A DNA stretch of 63,878 bases, filler included, from Lama guanicoe (GCA_013239625.1; 76 parts of 73 records of this genome joined end to end with filler, not necessarily neighbours in it); one strand, 5' to 3'; counted from the whole stretch's first letter, positions 25,009-38,191 are shown. The notes: generated by a model not told the origin, from the sequence alone. Program-made: numbers and translations.

Positions 25009-25622
25009 CAGAATACATAATGCAGAATATATTATTAAGAATAAAGAATGAAAAACACAGAAAATTGAATATTGAATACAGGATATAGAACACAGTATAT
25101 AGAATAAGGAATGCAGAACTCAGGACTTAGAATATAGAATATAGAGTACTGAAAATACAATTTAGAATATAGAATGTAGAACACAGAATTTAGAATATTG
25201 ATAAACGAATTCAGAATATAGATTTAGAATATAGAATAAAGAACACAGAATATAGAATACAGGATAGAAAATATAGAAGACAGAATTTAGAACATGGAAT
25301 GCAGAACACAGAAATTAGAATACAGAATACAGAATACTGAAGATAGAATTTAAGTATAGAATGTAGAACACAGAATTTAGAATATTGATAAACGAATTCA
25401 GAATATAGATTTAGAATATAGAATAAAGAACACAGAATATAGAATATTGATTAGAGAATATAGAACCAATGTTTTAGAACATGGATTGCAGAACACAGAA
25501 TATAGAATATAGAATACAGAACACTTAATACAGAGTTTACAAAATAGAATGCAGAACACAGAATATAGAATACAGGATAGAAAATATAGAAGACAGAATT
25601 TAGAACATGGAATGCAGAACAC
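25009..25622 (-). repeat. AT-rich heptamer satellite
   Basis: (TATAGAA)n variants. Confidence 0.95.
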
Positions 25623-25722
25623 NNNNNNNNNNNNNNNNNNNNNNNNNNNNNNNNNNNNNNNNNNNNTTAATTAATTAANNNNNNNNNNNNNNNNNNNNNN
25701 NNNNNNNNNNNNNNNNNNNNNN

Positions 25723-26177
25723 CGGGGAAGTCCGAGAAATAACTTCCCGGACTTTGGGGAGGCCGCCTCTGTAACTGGGATTGCCTGCAAACCACCCTAG
25801 AATTCCCTGGAACAGAGACATTTGAAAAAAAACCCAGGGGAGTCGAACTTAGGCATTCCGATTGAACCCACGCGCTGCCGACCGTTGGTGGAACCTCCCC
25901 ACGCTCAGGATTCCGGAACCATTGTCAGTGCTTGGGGAGCTCGAGAGACAACTCCACGCAGCTCTCTTCAGTCACAGGTGTTCCCTAAGGCAGCCTCTGT
26001 CACTGTGATTTCCTACCAACAATCCTAGCATTCCCTGGCACAGAGAGAGTAGGAAAAAACCCAGGGGAGTCGAGCTTAGGCATTCCGTTAGAACCCACGT
26101 GCTGCCGAACGTTGGTGGAACCTCCTCACGCTCAGTAATCCGGAACCATTTTCAGTGCGTGGGGTAGCTCGAGAGAC
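25723..26177 (+). repeat. 267-bp satellite including a 227-bp deletion monomer
   Basis: CCAGGGGAGTCG recurs 227 bp apart; about 40 bp missing after CACAGGTGTTCCCT. Confidence 0.9.
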
Positions 26178-28036
26178 NNNNNNNNNNNNNNNNNNNNNNN
26201 NNNNNNNNNNNNNNNNNNNNNTTAATTAATTAANNNNNNNNNNNNNNNNNNNNNNNNNNNNNNNNNNNNNNNNNNNNGAAGGGGCAAGTCATATCGTGGC
26301 CATAAACTGTACTTGTTCCCACGGGGACCTGTGTTCTACATGCCCTCACTCCCCTTCAGCTCCTTGGAGATGAAGTGTCAGGTTTAGGAGCCTGTACACT
26401 GTTGAGGGCATAGCTGCCAGCACTGTGCTACACCTAGGCTGGCTCCGTTCACCTCACATGTCACCTCCTGCTGAGCCCCCAGGCGTCAGTCAAGGTAGGT
26501 GCATCGGTGCAACGTAAGCAGGGACCACCTTCTCACCCTACAGAGCCACCAGGCCAGCTTGTTTTTACCTTTTGAAGTCTGCCCTTGGGATTTGGCGGAG
26601 TAGCTGGATGTGTGCTTAGCCCATAATGGAAGACACTGTCACCACTGTTTACCCAGAACCTCACCTCGTNNNNNNNNNNNNNNNNNNNNNNNNNNNNNNN
26701 NNNNNNNNNNNNNNNNNNNNNNNNNNNNNNNNNNNNNNNNNNNNNNNNNNNNNNNNNNNNNNNNNNNNNNNNNNNNNNNNNNNNNNNNNNNNNNNNNNNN
26801 NNNNNNNNNNNNNNNNNNNNNNNNNNNNNNNNNNNNNNNTCAGTGAGATGGCCAGTGAGGTAGGGTCAAGCACATTCTCTTCCAGTCACTTTTGCTCCAT
26901 TGTTGCTTTTACTATTCCACAGTCATTAATTTTTTAAACAATGCTTTGGTGCAGGAGCAGAGCAGAGNNNNNNNNNNNNNNNNNNNNNNNNNNNNNNNNN
27001 NNNNNNNNNNNTTAATTAATTAANNNNNNNNNNNNNNNNNNNNNNNNNNNNNNNNNNNNNNNNNNNNACAGGGACCGCTAAAGGGGACCGTAGCTTCCTC
27101 TCTGCTTCAGCCAGTGGGCATTCAGAGCCGGGTCTGTGGTTTGCCTCAGCAGCCGTGCAGGCCTCCCTGCACCGGCCTTTACTTTTACCCCTTTTTGGCA
27201 GTAAAGAGCTGAATCCGTGTCTGTTGCAGCTGACGCCCACCACTGACGGCCTTGTCATTAGTTTGCGGTAGTGAGTCTCCGACACCTCAGTCAGCCGTGA
27301 AGAAAGATGCTTTGGCAGACCTAGGAACTTGGATTCTCACCCCCACCCTGGTTCATCTCACCCGGTGGGAGGGTTTGGCTACCACCATCATGCTGACCAT
27401 GAGGCCATGTTTGTCCTTTCATGCTCTGGTCCAAATGCGGACACTACATTTTTCACTAAATTTGTCTCGATTGAGACAGGCCAGAATATCTGAATGAATC
27501 CATCACATTCTGGGTGGGGAACAGAACTGAAATAAGTGTCGCAAGTAGGAGTCTAGGCTGTCCGGCTTGGCAAATGCAGGCTGGGATTTGTGATGGCCGA
27601 GCTGTGCCCTGGAAAAAGGCCTTTCCCGTGGCTCCCGAGAGCCCAGATGTCGGAGTGAGAACAGCCTTGCCTGGGATCCTCCAGCCTCATCTGCTCACTG
27701 GAAAGTGTGTCTGCTAATTAGGAGCTCCCCCAGACCTCGGGCCCTTCAAAGTTCAGACCACGGGAGTAATTTGAGTCCCTTCTCCTGGGCCTCCATTGTG
27801 AGAATCCAGTGCCTTCTGAGGTGACCCGTGCCAGGAGATGCCTCCTCCTCCAGGGAGCACCCTACAGAGGACTGTGACTCAGTGCAACATGCTGTGAGCT
27901 TGTGGGGTTACAGCCATGGTGCCTGCAGAACCAGACNNNNNNNNNNNNNNNNNNNNNNNNNNNNNNNNNNNNNNNNNNNNTTAATTAATTAANNNNNNNN
28001 NNNNNNNNNNNNNNNNNNNNNNNNNNNNNNNNNNNN

Positions 28037-28788
28037 ATATTCTAACTTCAATATTCAGTATTCTGTATACTATATTCTAAATTTTATGTTCTGCAACCAT
28101 GTTCTATATTCTATATTCAGTATTCTGTATTCTGAATTTGAAATTCTGAGTTCTGCATTCGATGTTCTAATTTCTATATTCAGTATTTTGTATTCTGTAT
28201 TCTAAATTCTGTGTTCTGCATTCCGTTTTTAAATTCTGGATTGTATAGTCTCTTTTATATATTCTATANNNNNNNNNNNNNNNNNNNNNNNNNNNNNNNN
28301 NNNNNNNNNNNNNNNNNNNNNNNNNNNNNNNNNNNNNNNNNNNNNNNNNNNNNNNNNNNNNNNNNNNNNNNNNNNNNNNNNNNNNNNNNNNNNNNNNNNN
28401 NNNNNNNNNNNNNNNNNNNNNNNNNNNNNNNNNNNNNNNNNNNNNNNNNNNNNNNNNNNNNNNNNNNNNNNNNNNNNNNNNNNNNNNNNNNNNNNNNNNN
28501 NNNNNNNNNNNNNNNNNNNNNNNNNNNNNNNNNNNNNNNNNNNNNNNNNNNNNNNNNNNNNNNNNNNNNNNNNNNNNNNNNNNNNNNNNNNNNNNNNNNN
28601 NNNNNNNNNNNNNNNNNNNNNNNNNNNNNNNNNNNNNNNNNNNNNNNNNNNNNNNNNNNNNNNNNNNNNNNNNNNNNNNNNNNNNNNNNNNNNNNNNNNN
28701 NNNNNNNNNNNNNNNNNNNNNNNNNNNNNTTCTGCATTCGATGTTCTAATTTCTCTATTCAGTATTCTGTATTCTATATTCTAAATTC
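28037..28788 (+). repeat. AT-rich heptamer satellite (gapped)
   Basis: TTCTATA-type 7-mers. Confidence 0.95.
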
Positions 28789-28888
28789 NNNNNNNNNNNN
28801 NNNNNNNNNNNNNNNNNNNNNNNNNNNNNNNNTTAATTAATTAANNNNNNNNNNNNNNNNNNNNNNNNNNNNNNNNNNNNNNNNNNNN

Positions 28889-29357
28889 GAAATCCTCTGA
28901 AAGTACGATCTGTGAAATAGATATCAATAGCCTACTAGATCAAGATTTCAAAAAAGGTGGAATCAAATTAATGAAGGAAATAAAAGAAAGTGTTTAGAGA
29001 CATAGAATATGTTAAAAATGAAATGGAAGCTATAAAGAAGAACCAAGTAGAATAGGTAAACATGTTGACTGAGATGAGGAATGATCTAAAGGGGTTACAA
29101 AGCTGACTAGATGATGCAGAGGAACGAATTAGTGATCTAGAAGACAGGACAATAGAAAGCACCCAATCAGAACAGCTACAAGAGAAACAACAAGAAACAA
29201 ATGAAAAAAGCATGAGACCTATGCGATAATAGAAAGCATGCCAAACTTGGCATGACAGAAGTCCCAGATGGGAGGAAATATCAAAGGGGATTGCAAAGGT
29301 GTTTGAAAAAATCATGAGTGAGAACTTCGCAAACTGAAAGAAGAAATCAGATATCCA
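28889..29357 (+). mobile_element. LINE-1 ORF1 fragment, disrupted
   Basis: Homologous (opposite strand) to 17106-17336; GAGGAACGAATTAGTGATCTAGAAGACAG (EERISDLED); contains stop codons. Confidence 0.88.
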
Positions 29358-30005
29358 NNNNNNNNNNNNNNNNNNNNNNNNNNNNNNNNNNNNNNNNNNN
29401 NTTAATTAATTAANNNNNNNNNNNNNNNNNNNNNNNNNNNNNNNNNNNNNNNNNNNNTGCAGAGAGCAGAGAGTCTTGGGGGTAGAGAACAAGGAGAAGC
29501 TGCCTAGAGTCCTGCAGACCCCACCAGGGGCAGCCGGAGACGCAGGGGGCCTCGGACGGGCTGTGAGGAACGTGAACTCAACACTCCCCAATGGCGAAGA
29601 CGACAAACATGTTTCAAGCTCCCACTTCCCAGCAGTGTTTGTTGTGACTTTACTAGATTTCCAGTAATACTGAGCGAGAATAGAAATTATCTGGACACAG
29701 GGATCAAATTCAAATCCTGAATATGACCAATCTTAGCTGCGTGATTACTGATTAAAAGGTTACTCGTCTGCCACGTGTAAAATGGGGGACCTAGCACCGT
29801 GCTCGTGGGCTGCTGTGAGCGTAATGATCTATAAAGGCGCTTCTGACTCTCAGAGATAATTGCTACTATTGTCCCCAATTGGGACACCAAGAAACAGAGG
29901 CACAGNNNNNNNNNNNNNNNNNNNNNNNNNNNNNNNNNNNNNNNNNNNNTTAATTAATTAANNNNNNNNNNNNNNNNNNNNNNNNNNNNNNNNNNNNNNN
30001 NNNNN

Positions 30006-30673
30006 AGCGTTTTTGAAAGCCGTCCTTCACCTAGCTTGTTGGGAACACAAAGTTTCTCTTCAGTTGCAGACTCTACTCCATACATATATATGGGGAGGTA
30101 CAAGCTCCAACTCGGTTTTACAGTGAAAATTGCAGGAACTTCAAACCAGCACTAGGAAACGTACTGAGAAACCAGAATAAGTGTTTCTCATACAACCTGT
30201 TCCCTTTGTTCTAGATATCGAACGTCTGTCCATATGCTCAGTTTTGAGAGTTAAACGTGTGTGAAGCCGTCCTTCACCTAGCTTGTTGGGAACACAATGT
30301 TTCTCTTCCGTTGCAAAGCCCACTACGTACATATTTATGAGGTATTCAAGCTTTAACTCGGGTTTATAGTGAAAACTGCAGGAATTTCAAACCTCCACTA
30401 GGAAGCAAACTGAGAAAACACCGTAAGTAATATATATATAGTACAAACTCCAACTAGGGTTTACCATGAAACTTACAGGAACTTCAAACTCGCACTAGGA
30501 AACAGACTGAGAAACCAGAGTGAGTGTTTCCCCTGCAACCTGTTCCCTTCCCTTTTTGCACTACATATATATATATATATGGGGAAGTACAAACTCCAAC
30601 TAGGGTTTACCATGAAACTTACAGGAACTTCAAACTCGCCCTAGGAAACAGACTGAGAAACCAGAGTGGAGTG
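30006..30673 (-). repeat. ~248-bp satellite with truncated, rearranged monomers at the right end
   Basis: Full monomers to about 30425, then GTACAAACTCCAACTAGGG at 30441 and 30587 (period 146) with expanded (TA)n. Confidence 0.9.
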
Positions 30674-31722
30674 NNNNNNNNNNNNNNNNNNNNNNNNNNN
30701 NNNNNNNNNNNNNNNNNTTAATTAATTAANNNNNNNNNNNNNNNNNNNNNNNNNNNNNNNNNNNNNNNNNNNNGGAGAGGGGCGTCGGGGCTGCTTGGGG
30801 ACCGCAGGGGCAGTGTGGATGCAGGATTTCCTTGTGGGGAGGGCTTGTTAGCGGGGTCGCTCTAGCGACACCTTGTGGCTGGAAGTAAACAGATGGAGGC
30901 CTCCAGGTAGACTTACCTCTTCTCTCCTTCCCTGCCTTGTGTGATGATCTTAGCTCTGCCAACATATGGAAAAGAAGAGCTAAGTTCCAGAGTAGCCCAG
31001 GACTTTGCTGAGCTCGTTCAAGTGAGATTTGATAGGATTTAGTCTTGTGTTGAGATCTGTANNNNNNNNNNNNNNNNNNNNNNNNNNNNNNNNNNNNNNN
31101 NNNNNNNNNNNNNNNNNNNNNNNNNNNNNNNNNNNNNNNNNNNNNNNNNNNNNNNNNNNNNNNNNNNNNNNNNNNNNNNNNNNNNNNNNNNNNNNNNNNN
31201 NNNNNNNNNNNNNNNNNNNNNNNNNNNNNNNNNNNNNNNNNNNNNNNNNNNNNNNNNNNNNNNNNNNNNNNNNNNNNNNNNNNNNNNNNNNNNNNNNNNN
31301 NNNNNNNNNNNNNNNNNNNNNNNNNNNNNNNNNNNNNNNNNNCGCCCTAGACCCCACTTTTGAAAGCATCATTAAAGCTTGCTCTGAAATAGCGAAGTCA
31401 TATAGGTCTTTTTTGCAGAAGCCAGATATTTGGTTTATAATCTGCAGCATAGCTCCCTTTATAAAATAATAATAGGTTCAAAATTAAGAAAGTGGAAAAT
31501 AATTGATTTTTTTTAAACTGAAACATAAACTTTCTTGTGCTAATGTTGTAACTGGAAATTTCGAAAAGAAAACTCCCACTGTAATATCATCTACGTGAAA
31601 TACATATATGTCTGTCACGTTTNNNNNNNNNNNNNNNNNNNNNNNNNNNNNNNNNNNNNNNNNNNNTTAATTAATTAANNNNNNNNNNNNNNNNNNNNNN
31701 NNNNNNNNNNNNNNNNNNNNNN

Positions 31723-32254
31723 GGCTCCGTGGTGCTCACCGCGCCCACAGCCGTGGCCCCTGGCACCCAGAATGCTAGCGCCCGCCAACCCCGCCCCGCG
31801 GAGGCCCTCGTGGCCTCCCTCCCCCCGCGGGGACCTGAGGCGGCAGCCGCCGCATCCCCCGTCCTTCCGGCGCCCCGCGCCTCGCCGCCGCCGCCGTACT
31901 CACCTCAGGGGCGCAACCGGCACAGCCGGCCGTCGGCCTCGTTCCCGCCGAAGCTTCTCGCTGCGGTACTCCCCGCGTGGGCGGGCTGCTCCCNNNNNNN
32001 NNNNNNNNNNNNNNNNNNNNNNNNNNNNNNNNNNNNNNNNNNNNNNNNNNNNNNNNNNNNNNNNNNNNNNNNNNNNNNNNNNNNNNNNNNNNNNNNNNNN
32101 NNNNNNNNNNNNNNNNNNNNNNNNNNNNNNNNNNNNNNNNGACTTTGCGCATGCGCTCCAGCGGGGCGGGACCAGCGCCCGCTGCGTGGGGGCGGGACCC
32201 GCGATCGCCGCGTGGGGGCCGGCTCCGCCCAGGGGCGCTGGTCCGCCTCAGCCA
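31723..32254 (-). promoter_or_regulatory. CpG-island promoter and first exon/intron boundary of an unidentified gene
   Basis: NRF1-type palindrome TGCGCATGCGC at 32146-32156, GC boxes at about 32163, 32189 and 32225, and a consensus minus-strand donor GAG|GTGAGT at 31904/31903. Confidence 0.72.
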
Positions 32255-32354
32255 NNNNNNNNNNNNNNNNNNNNNNNNNNNNNNNNNNNNNNNNNNNNTT
32301 AATTAATTAANNNNNNNNNNNNNNNNNNNNNNNNNNNNNNNNNNNNNNNNNNNN

Positions 32355-32846
32355 TTTTTCTGTTTTTTATTTTTTTGGAAAGTTCTTTTCCCCATTGTAA
32401 GGTGGGATTCTCAGAATAAATTTGCTAGTAAGATTTCCTGCAGGGACAACTCTGTGGCATTAAGTCTTTCCTTCTACCACTCCTGGAAGATTCTCTGACA
32501 CCCGAGAAATCTGTTACCAGCCAGGAGGAGGGCCTCATTTTTGGAGTTGAAAGGTTCCTNNNNNNNNNNNNNNNNNNNNNNNNNNNNNNNNNNNNNNNNN
32601 NNNNNNNNNNNNNNNNNNNNNNNNNNNNNNNNNNNNNNNNNNNNNNNNNNNNNNNNNNNNNNNNNNNNNNNNNNNNNNNNNNNNNNNNNNNNNNNNNNNN
32701 NNNNNNNNNNNNNNNNNNNNNNNNNNNNNNNNNNNNNNNNNNNNNNNNNNNNNNNNCAAGTATTTCCCGTTATCTTTCAACCAGACCCCACCCAGTTTGT
32801 CTCCTTTGGGTTGGTAATTCACCCCAGTTTCTTTCAACTGGAGGGC
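32355..32846 (-). mobile_element. ERV1-class leader/gag-proximal fragment (gapped)
   Basis: The reverse complement of 32355-32427 matches 35235-35310 (TAGCAAATTTATTCTGAGAA...CCTTACAA.GGGGAA). 32760-32846 matches 13879-13965. Confidence 0.6.
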
Positions 32847-32946
32847 NNNNNNNNNNNNNNNNNNNNNNNNNNNNNNNNNNNNNNNNNNNNTTAATTAATT
32901 AANNNNNNNNNNNNNNNNNNNNNNNNNNNNNNNNNNNNNNNNNNNN

Positions 32947-34086
32947 AACACAGAATTTAGTATATAGAATATAGAATATTGAATATAGAATTTACGAATT
33001 AGAATTTAGAACACAGAATTTATAATACAGTCTACAGAATGCAAAATATAGTATGTAGAGTATATAATGAAGAACAAACAATATAGAATATAAAATAGAC
33101 AATATAGAACCCAGAATTTAGAATATAGAATTTAGAACATAGAATGCAGAACACAGAATTAAGAATATAGAATACAGAATACTGAATACCGAATTTCGAA
33201 TATACAATGAAGAACTCAGAGTATAGAATATAGCATAGAGAATATAGAAACCAGAATTATGAACATGGAATGCAGAACCCAGAATGTAGAAAATAGAATA
33301 CAGAACTGAATATAGAATTTAGAATATACAATGTAGGACCTAGAATATAGAATATAGAATTCGGAATGCAGAATATAAAATACAGAATATAGAATGTAAC
33401 ACAGAATGTAGAATATGGAAAACAGAATACAGAACCCAGAATTAAGAACATGGATTGCAGAAACAGAATTTAGAATATAGAANNNNNNNNNNNNNNNNNN
33501 NNNNNNNNNNNNNNNNNNNNNNNNNNNNNNNNNNNNNNNNNNNNNNNNNNNNNNNNNNNNNNNNNNNNNNNNNNNNNNNNNNNNNNNNNNNNNNNNNNNN
33601 NNNNNNNNNNNNNNNNNNNNNNNNNNNNNNNNNNNNNNNNNNNNNNNNNNNNNNNNNNNNNNNNNNNNNNNNNNNNNNNNNNNNNNNNNNNNNNNNNNNN
33701 NNNNNNNNNNNNNNNNNNNNNNNNNNNNNNNNNNNNNNNNNNNNNNNNNNNNNNNNNNNNNNNNNNNNNNNNNNNNNNNNNNNNNNNNNNNNNNNNNNNN
33801 NNNNNNNNNNNNNNNNNNNNNNAATCCAGAATTTAGAAAATGGAAGGCATAACACAGAATTTAAAAAGTAGAATACAGAATACTGAATATAGAATTTAGA
33901 ATATACAATGCAGAACTCAGAATTTAGAATATAGAATACAGAATACTGAATAAAACATATAGAACATGGAATGCAGAACTTAGAATTTAGAATATATAAT
34001 AAAGAATCCTGAATATAGAATTTAGAATACAGAATGAAGAACACATTATATAGAATATAGAATATGGAATGCAGAATATAGTATGT
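32947..34086 (-). repeat. AT-rich heptamer satellite (gapped)
   Basis: (TATAGAA)n variants. Confidence 0.95.
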
Positions 34087-34186
34087 NNNNNNNNNNNNNN
34101 NNNNNNNNNNNNNNNNNNNNNNNNNNNNNNTTAATTAATTAANNNNNNNNNNNNNNNNNNNNNNNNNNNNNNNNNNNNNNNNNNNN

Positions 34187-35134
34187 GGCTGTAGAAAACA
34201 AAATGTAAAACACTGACTATAGGATATAGAATACAGAATACAGAAACCAGAATTCATAACATGGAATTCAGAACAGACAATTTAGAATATAGAATACAGA
34301 ATACAGATTATAGAATGTAGATTATAGAATGTACCACACAGAATATAGAATATACTATACAGAATACAGAATATAGAAGGTAGAACACAGAATTCAAAAC
34401 CAGAATTTAGAACATGGAATGCAGAACACAATTTAGAGTATTGAATACAGAATACAGAATATCGAATGTAGAGTATAGAATGTAGAAAATAGAATATGGA
34501 ATATAGAATACAGAATACAGAACGCAGAATTTTGAACATGGAATTCAGAACACAGAATATAGAATATAGAATACAGAAATAGAATGTGGAATATAGAATG
34601 TACAACACTGAGTATAGAATTTATAATAAAGAATACAGAATATAGAATGTAGAATACAGAACGTAGAAAACTGATTATAGAATATAGAATACAGGATACA
34701 GAACCCAGTATATAGAACATGGAATACTGAACAGAGAATTCAGAATTAAGATTACAGAATACACAATATAGAAAGTAGAATACAGAATGTACAACAAAGC
34801 ATATAGAATATAGAACTGAATGCAGAAACCAGAATTTAGAACAGGGAATGCAGAACATAAAATGTATAGCATAGAATATATAATACTTTATATAGAATTT
34901 TGAATATACACTGTGGAACACACAATATAGAATACAGAACCCAAAATTTAGAACATAGAATACAGAATACAGAATATAGAATGTAGAATACAGAATGAAG
35001 AACCCAAAATTTAAGACATGGAATGCAGAACACAATTTAGAATATAGAATACAGAATACAGAATTCAGAATGTAGAATGCAGAAAGTAGAACACAGAATA
35101 TAGAATATAGAATACATAATACAGAATATAGAAG
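34187..35134 (-). repeat. AT-rich heptamer satellite, TACAGAA-rich variant
   Basis: 7-mers with frequent TACAGAA. Confidence 0.95.
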
Positions 35135-35234
35135 NNNNNNNNNNNNNNNNNNNNNNNNNNNNNNNNNNNNNNNNNNNNTTAATTAATTAANNNNNNNNNN
35201 NNNNNNNNNNNNNNNNNNNNNNNNNNNNNNNNNN

Positions 35235-35929
35235 TAGCAAATTTATTCTGAGAACCCGACCTTACAAAGGGGAATAGATCTTTAAAAAAAAAGTTAAAAA
35301 CAGAAATGAAAAGAAAAAGAAATGATAGATTGCCAGCCTCCAACTATTACCCCAGCCAGGTTTATTTACATGCAAAACTTACAACATTAATTGGGAATAA
35401 GAAAAGAATAACTCACGTTGAAAGTAACTAAACAGGCCTAATAAAAACATCTTTTGGAATTCTGAACTTATAAAAACAAAATCCCCTTTATGGGGAACGT
35501 GGATTTCTCTTCCTGTGTCCTTGAAATGTAAATGTTTTATCTTTCTCTTGTTGTTTTAAGTGTGTGTATGTATGTGTATATATGCGTACTTTTTTTTAAA
35601 AGAAAACTTTGACTCTGCCATACAAAAGTTACAAGTATTCTGTACATATGTTGGCCACGTGAATAAATTGGGATTCTAAGCAATTCTTTGTACCAATTTT
35701 CAGATATTTTGCCATCTTAAACTTTTCTGCATCAGCCTGGACCACAAAGGCCTTTAACTTTTGGAGAGTAAACCTTTGAATTTTATTTAGGCAACACCCC
35801 AACTCTCATGTGGAAGAGCCTTTTCAAGGAAGAGCCTTTTCAACTTACTGGTTTAAAATCACTGGTTTAAAATTTATAAAATATATAAATTGATGGCCAT
35901 ATGATGGATCCTTTAATTTGGAAATACAT
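35235..35929 (+). mobile_element. ERV1-class internal fragment with decayed gag-matrix-like motif
   Basis: Shares its 5' end with 32355-32427 (reverse complement); ends TGGCCATATGATGGATCCTTTAATTTG (WPYDGSFNL, similar to the gammaretroviral Gag WPxxGS/TF motif). Confidence 0.55.
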
Positions 35930-36924
35930 NNNNNNNNNNNNNNNNNNNNNNNNNNNNNNNNNNNNNNNNNNNNTTAATTAATTAANNNNNNNNNNNNNNN
36001 NNNNNNNNNNNNNNNNNNNNNNNNNNNNNCTTTTCTTTCTTCTTTCTGTTGACCTTTCCTTCAGTCCATTTACTTACTCACTTATTGTTCTGACTTGTTC
36101 CAAAACGCATTTCAGGCAGCTTACAGAAAAACAGATACCAAAATAAACAGGTGAGAAAATGGGGCCAAGTTCAGACAGTGAGGCTAAGAGGAGACCCTGT
36201 GTGAGGGTTGCAGGCATGAGACACACGCCTCTGCCCTGTGACTTATAAGATTGACAGCAGCAGTGTGCCTCTGGCTTCTACCAGACACAGGGAAACAGGG
36301 TTTGTGGGAGATGCTCACTGGCTGTGAAATTAATAAGTGGCTGAGGAGAAGCCCACCCTTTCCATCTACTAAGGCTTAGGAGAATATTTTGAGTGTCTTC
36401 CAAAACCAGAGTATTGCATCTTTTCTTTTGTGAGAGTTCTACGTATAGTTGGTTACATTCTATACCTGGAAATTTCTCCAAAACTGCTTCCCACGTGAGT
36501 CCCATGGCTCGGGAATGGGGTGGTTCTGCTCATTGACGGGTGTTGGCCAGAAACCGAAAATGACAGCCTCAAAGGAGCCTGGGAATTGTCAGTTATGTTT
36601 TGTCAGTGCTGTAGATTTCAGAAAATGGTTTCACCGTGAATCTGAGGCGGCAGCGTGCTCTCTTACCAGCATCAGGAGCTCATGGCCGCGGGATGGTGGG
36701 GGTTGACTGCACTGCCATCAAGACAGCTGGGCTAGTCACTGCAGACGTGGTATTTTTACATAGTACATTTCATGATCTTTAAAAGGTTTCAACAGGTAGT
36801 TAATTAACTGAGTTAATTAACATTNNNNNNNNNNNNNNNNNNNNNNNNNNNNNNNNNNNNNNNNNNNNTTAATTAATTAANNNNNNNNNNNNNNNNNNNN
36901 NNNNNNNNNNNNNNNNNNNNNNNN

Positions 36925-37689
36925 CATTACTTTCCCATTGTTTCTCTTGTAGCTCTACTGATTGGGTGCTTTCAATTTTCCTGTCTTCTCAGTCACTATT
37001 TTGTTCCTCTGCGTTATATAGTCAGCTTTGCTATGCCTTTAAATCATTCCTCATCTCAGTCAACAGGTTTACCTATACTACTCGGCTCTCCTTTATAGCT
37101 TCCATTTCATTTTTGACATATTTTATATGTCTAAACACTAACTCTTTTATTTCCTTCAGTACTTAGATCACTCCAAATTTGAAAACTTCATCTAGTAGGA
37201 TATCGATGTCTATTTCACAGATCATTATTTCAGGGAATTTCTCTTGTTCTTTTAATTCGGGATTGTTTCTCTGCTTCTTCATCTTTGTACTATCTCTCTG
37301 GTACTGATTTTTATGGAGTATTTGTTATATACTGTGGTCCTAAAGGAGTAGATCTACCTAATGACAATGTAGTAATACAACTTAGAAAACAGAAAAAAGA
37401 GGGAGAGAGATAAAGAATTTTAAAGAAGGGAGAAATAAAGCTTTGAAGACATTGCATAATGAATAATATTAAAGCAAATTGAAGCAGAGTTTGAAAAATA
37501 ATAATAATAAAAATATTTTTAAAAATTTCAAAGGGATTAAAATGGGGGTATATATATATAATTGAATAAGAAGTATAAATTAAGAGGTTAATAGAAAATG
37601 GAACAGCTAAAAACAGATTGAAACAAGGGGGTGGTCTGTTTCCTCCTGGGGACTGTGTAATTTTAATGTGAAATCTTTCTGTATTCATC
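36925..37689 (-). mobile_element. LINE-1 ORF1 5' part and upstream region, degraded
   Basis: Homologous to 17106-17336 (CTAGTAGG.TATCGATGTCTATTTCA). Confidence 0.85.
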
Positions 37690-37789
37690 NNNNNNNNNNN
37701 NNNNNNNNNNNNNNNNNNNNNNNNNNNNNNNNNTTAATTAATTAANNNNNNNNNNNNNNNNNNNNNNNNNNNNNNNNNNNNNNNNNNNN

Positions 37790-38191
37790 ATCAATTAACC
37801 CATGAAAACCGAAGCAAGAATATGAAATGAAGAAAAGACCTTCCCCTCAATAAGTAGTGCAGGGGAGATTGAACATGTGAAAGATAGATTAGAGTATTTC
37901 CTCACATTTTATACAATCATTAAGCACAGAATATCTTTATACTTAATTTATTTACTTATATTTCTTGCACCTGTAATTTATAGATCTATGAGTTAGATTT
38001 TTTATTTCACTTATCAAATGTATTCCTATTTTATTCTTTTTGGTATAAATTTACACAAAATTGTTTTCCTAATTTCTACTGATAATGTGTTGTTATTATA
38101 TAAAAATGCAATGGATATTTTTATATTGATTATGTATTCTGTAAGTTTGCTAAGTTGGTTCATTATTTCTAACAGTCACTGTAGGAGTGTA
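37790..38191. mobile_element. Degraded LINE-1 ORF2 pieces, tail-to-tail
   Basis: About 37790-37916 is sense post-RT ORF2; about 37917-38191 is antisense RT region (TATAAAAATGCAATGGATATTTTTATATTGATT). Confidence 0.65.

Noticed and set aside
36799..36821. Natural double GTTAATTAAC palindrome
   Set aside because: Short AT-rich duplication with no supporting context; unrelated to the linker.
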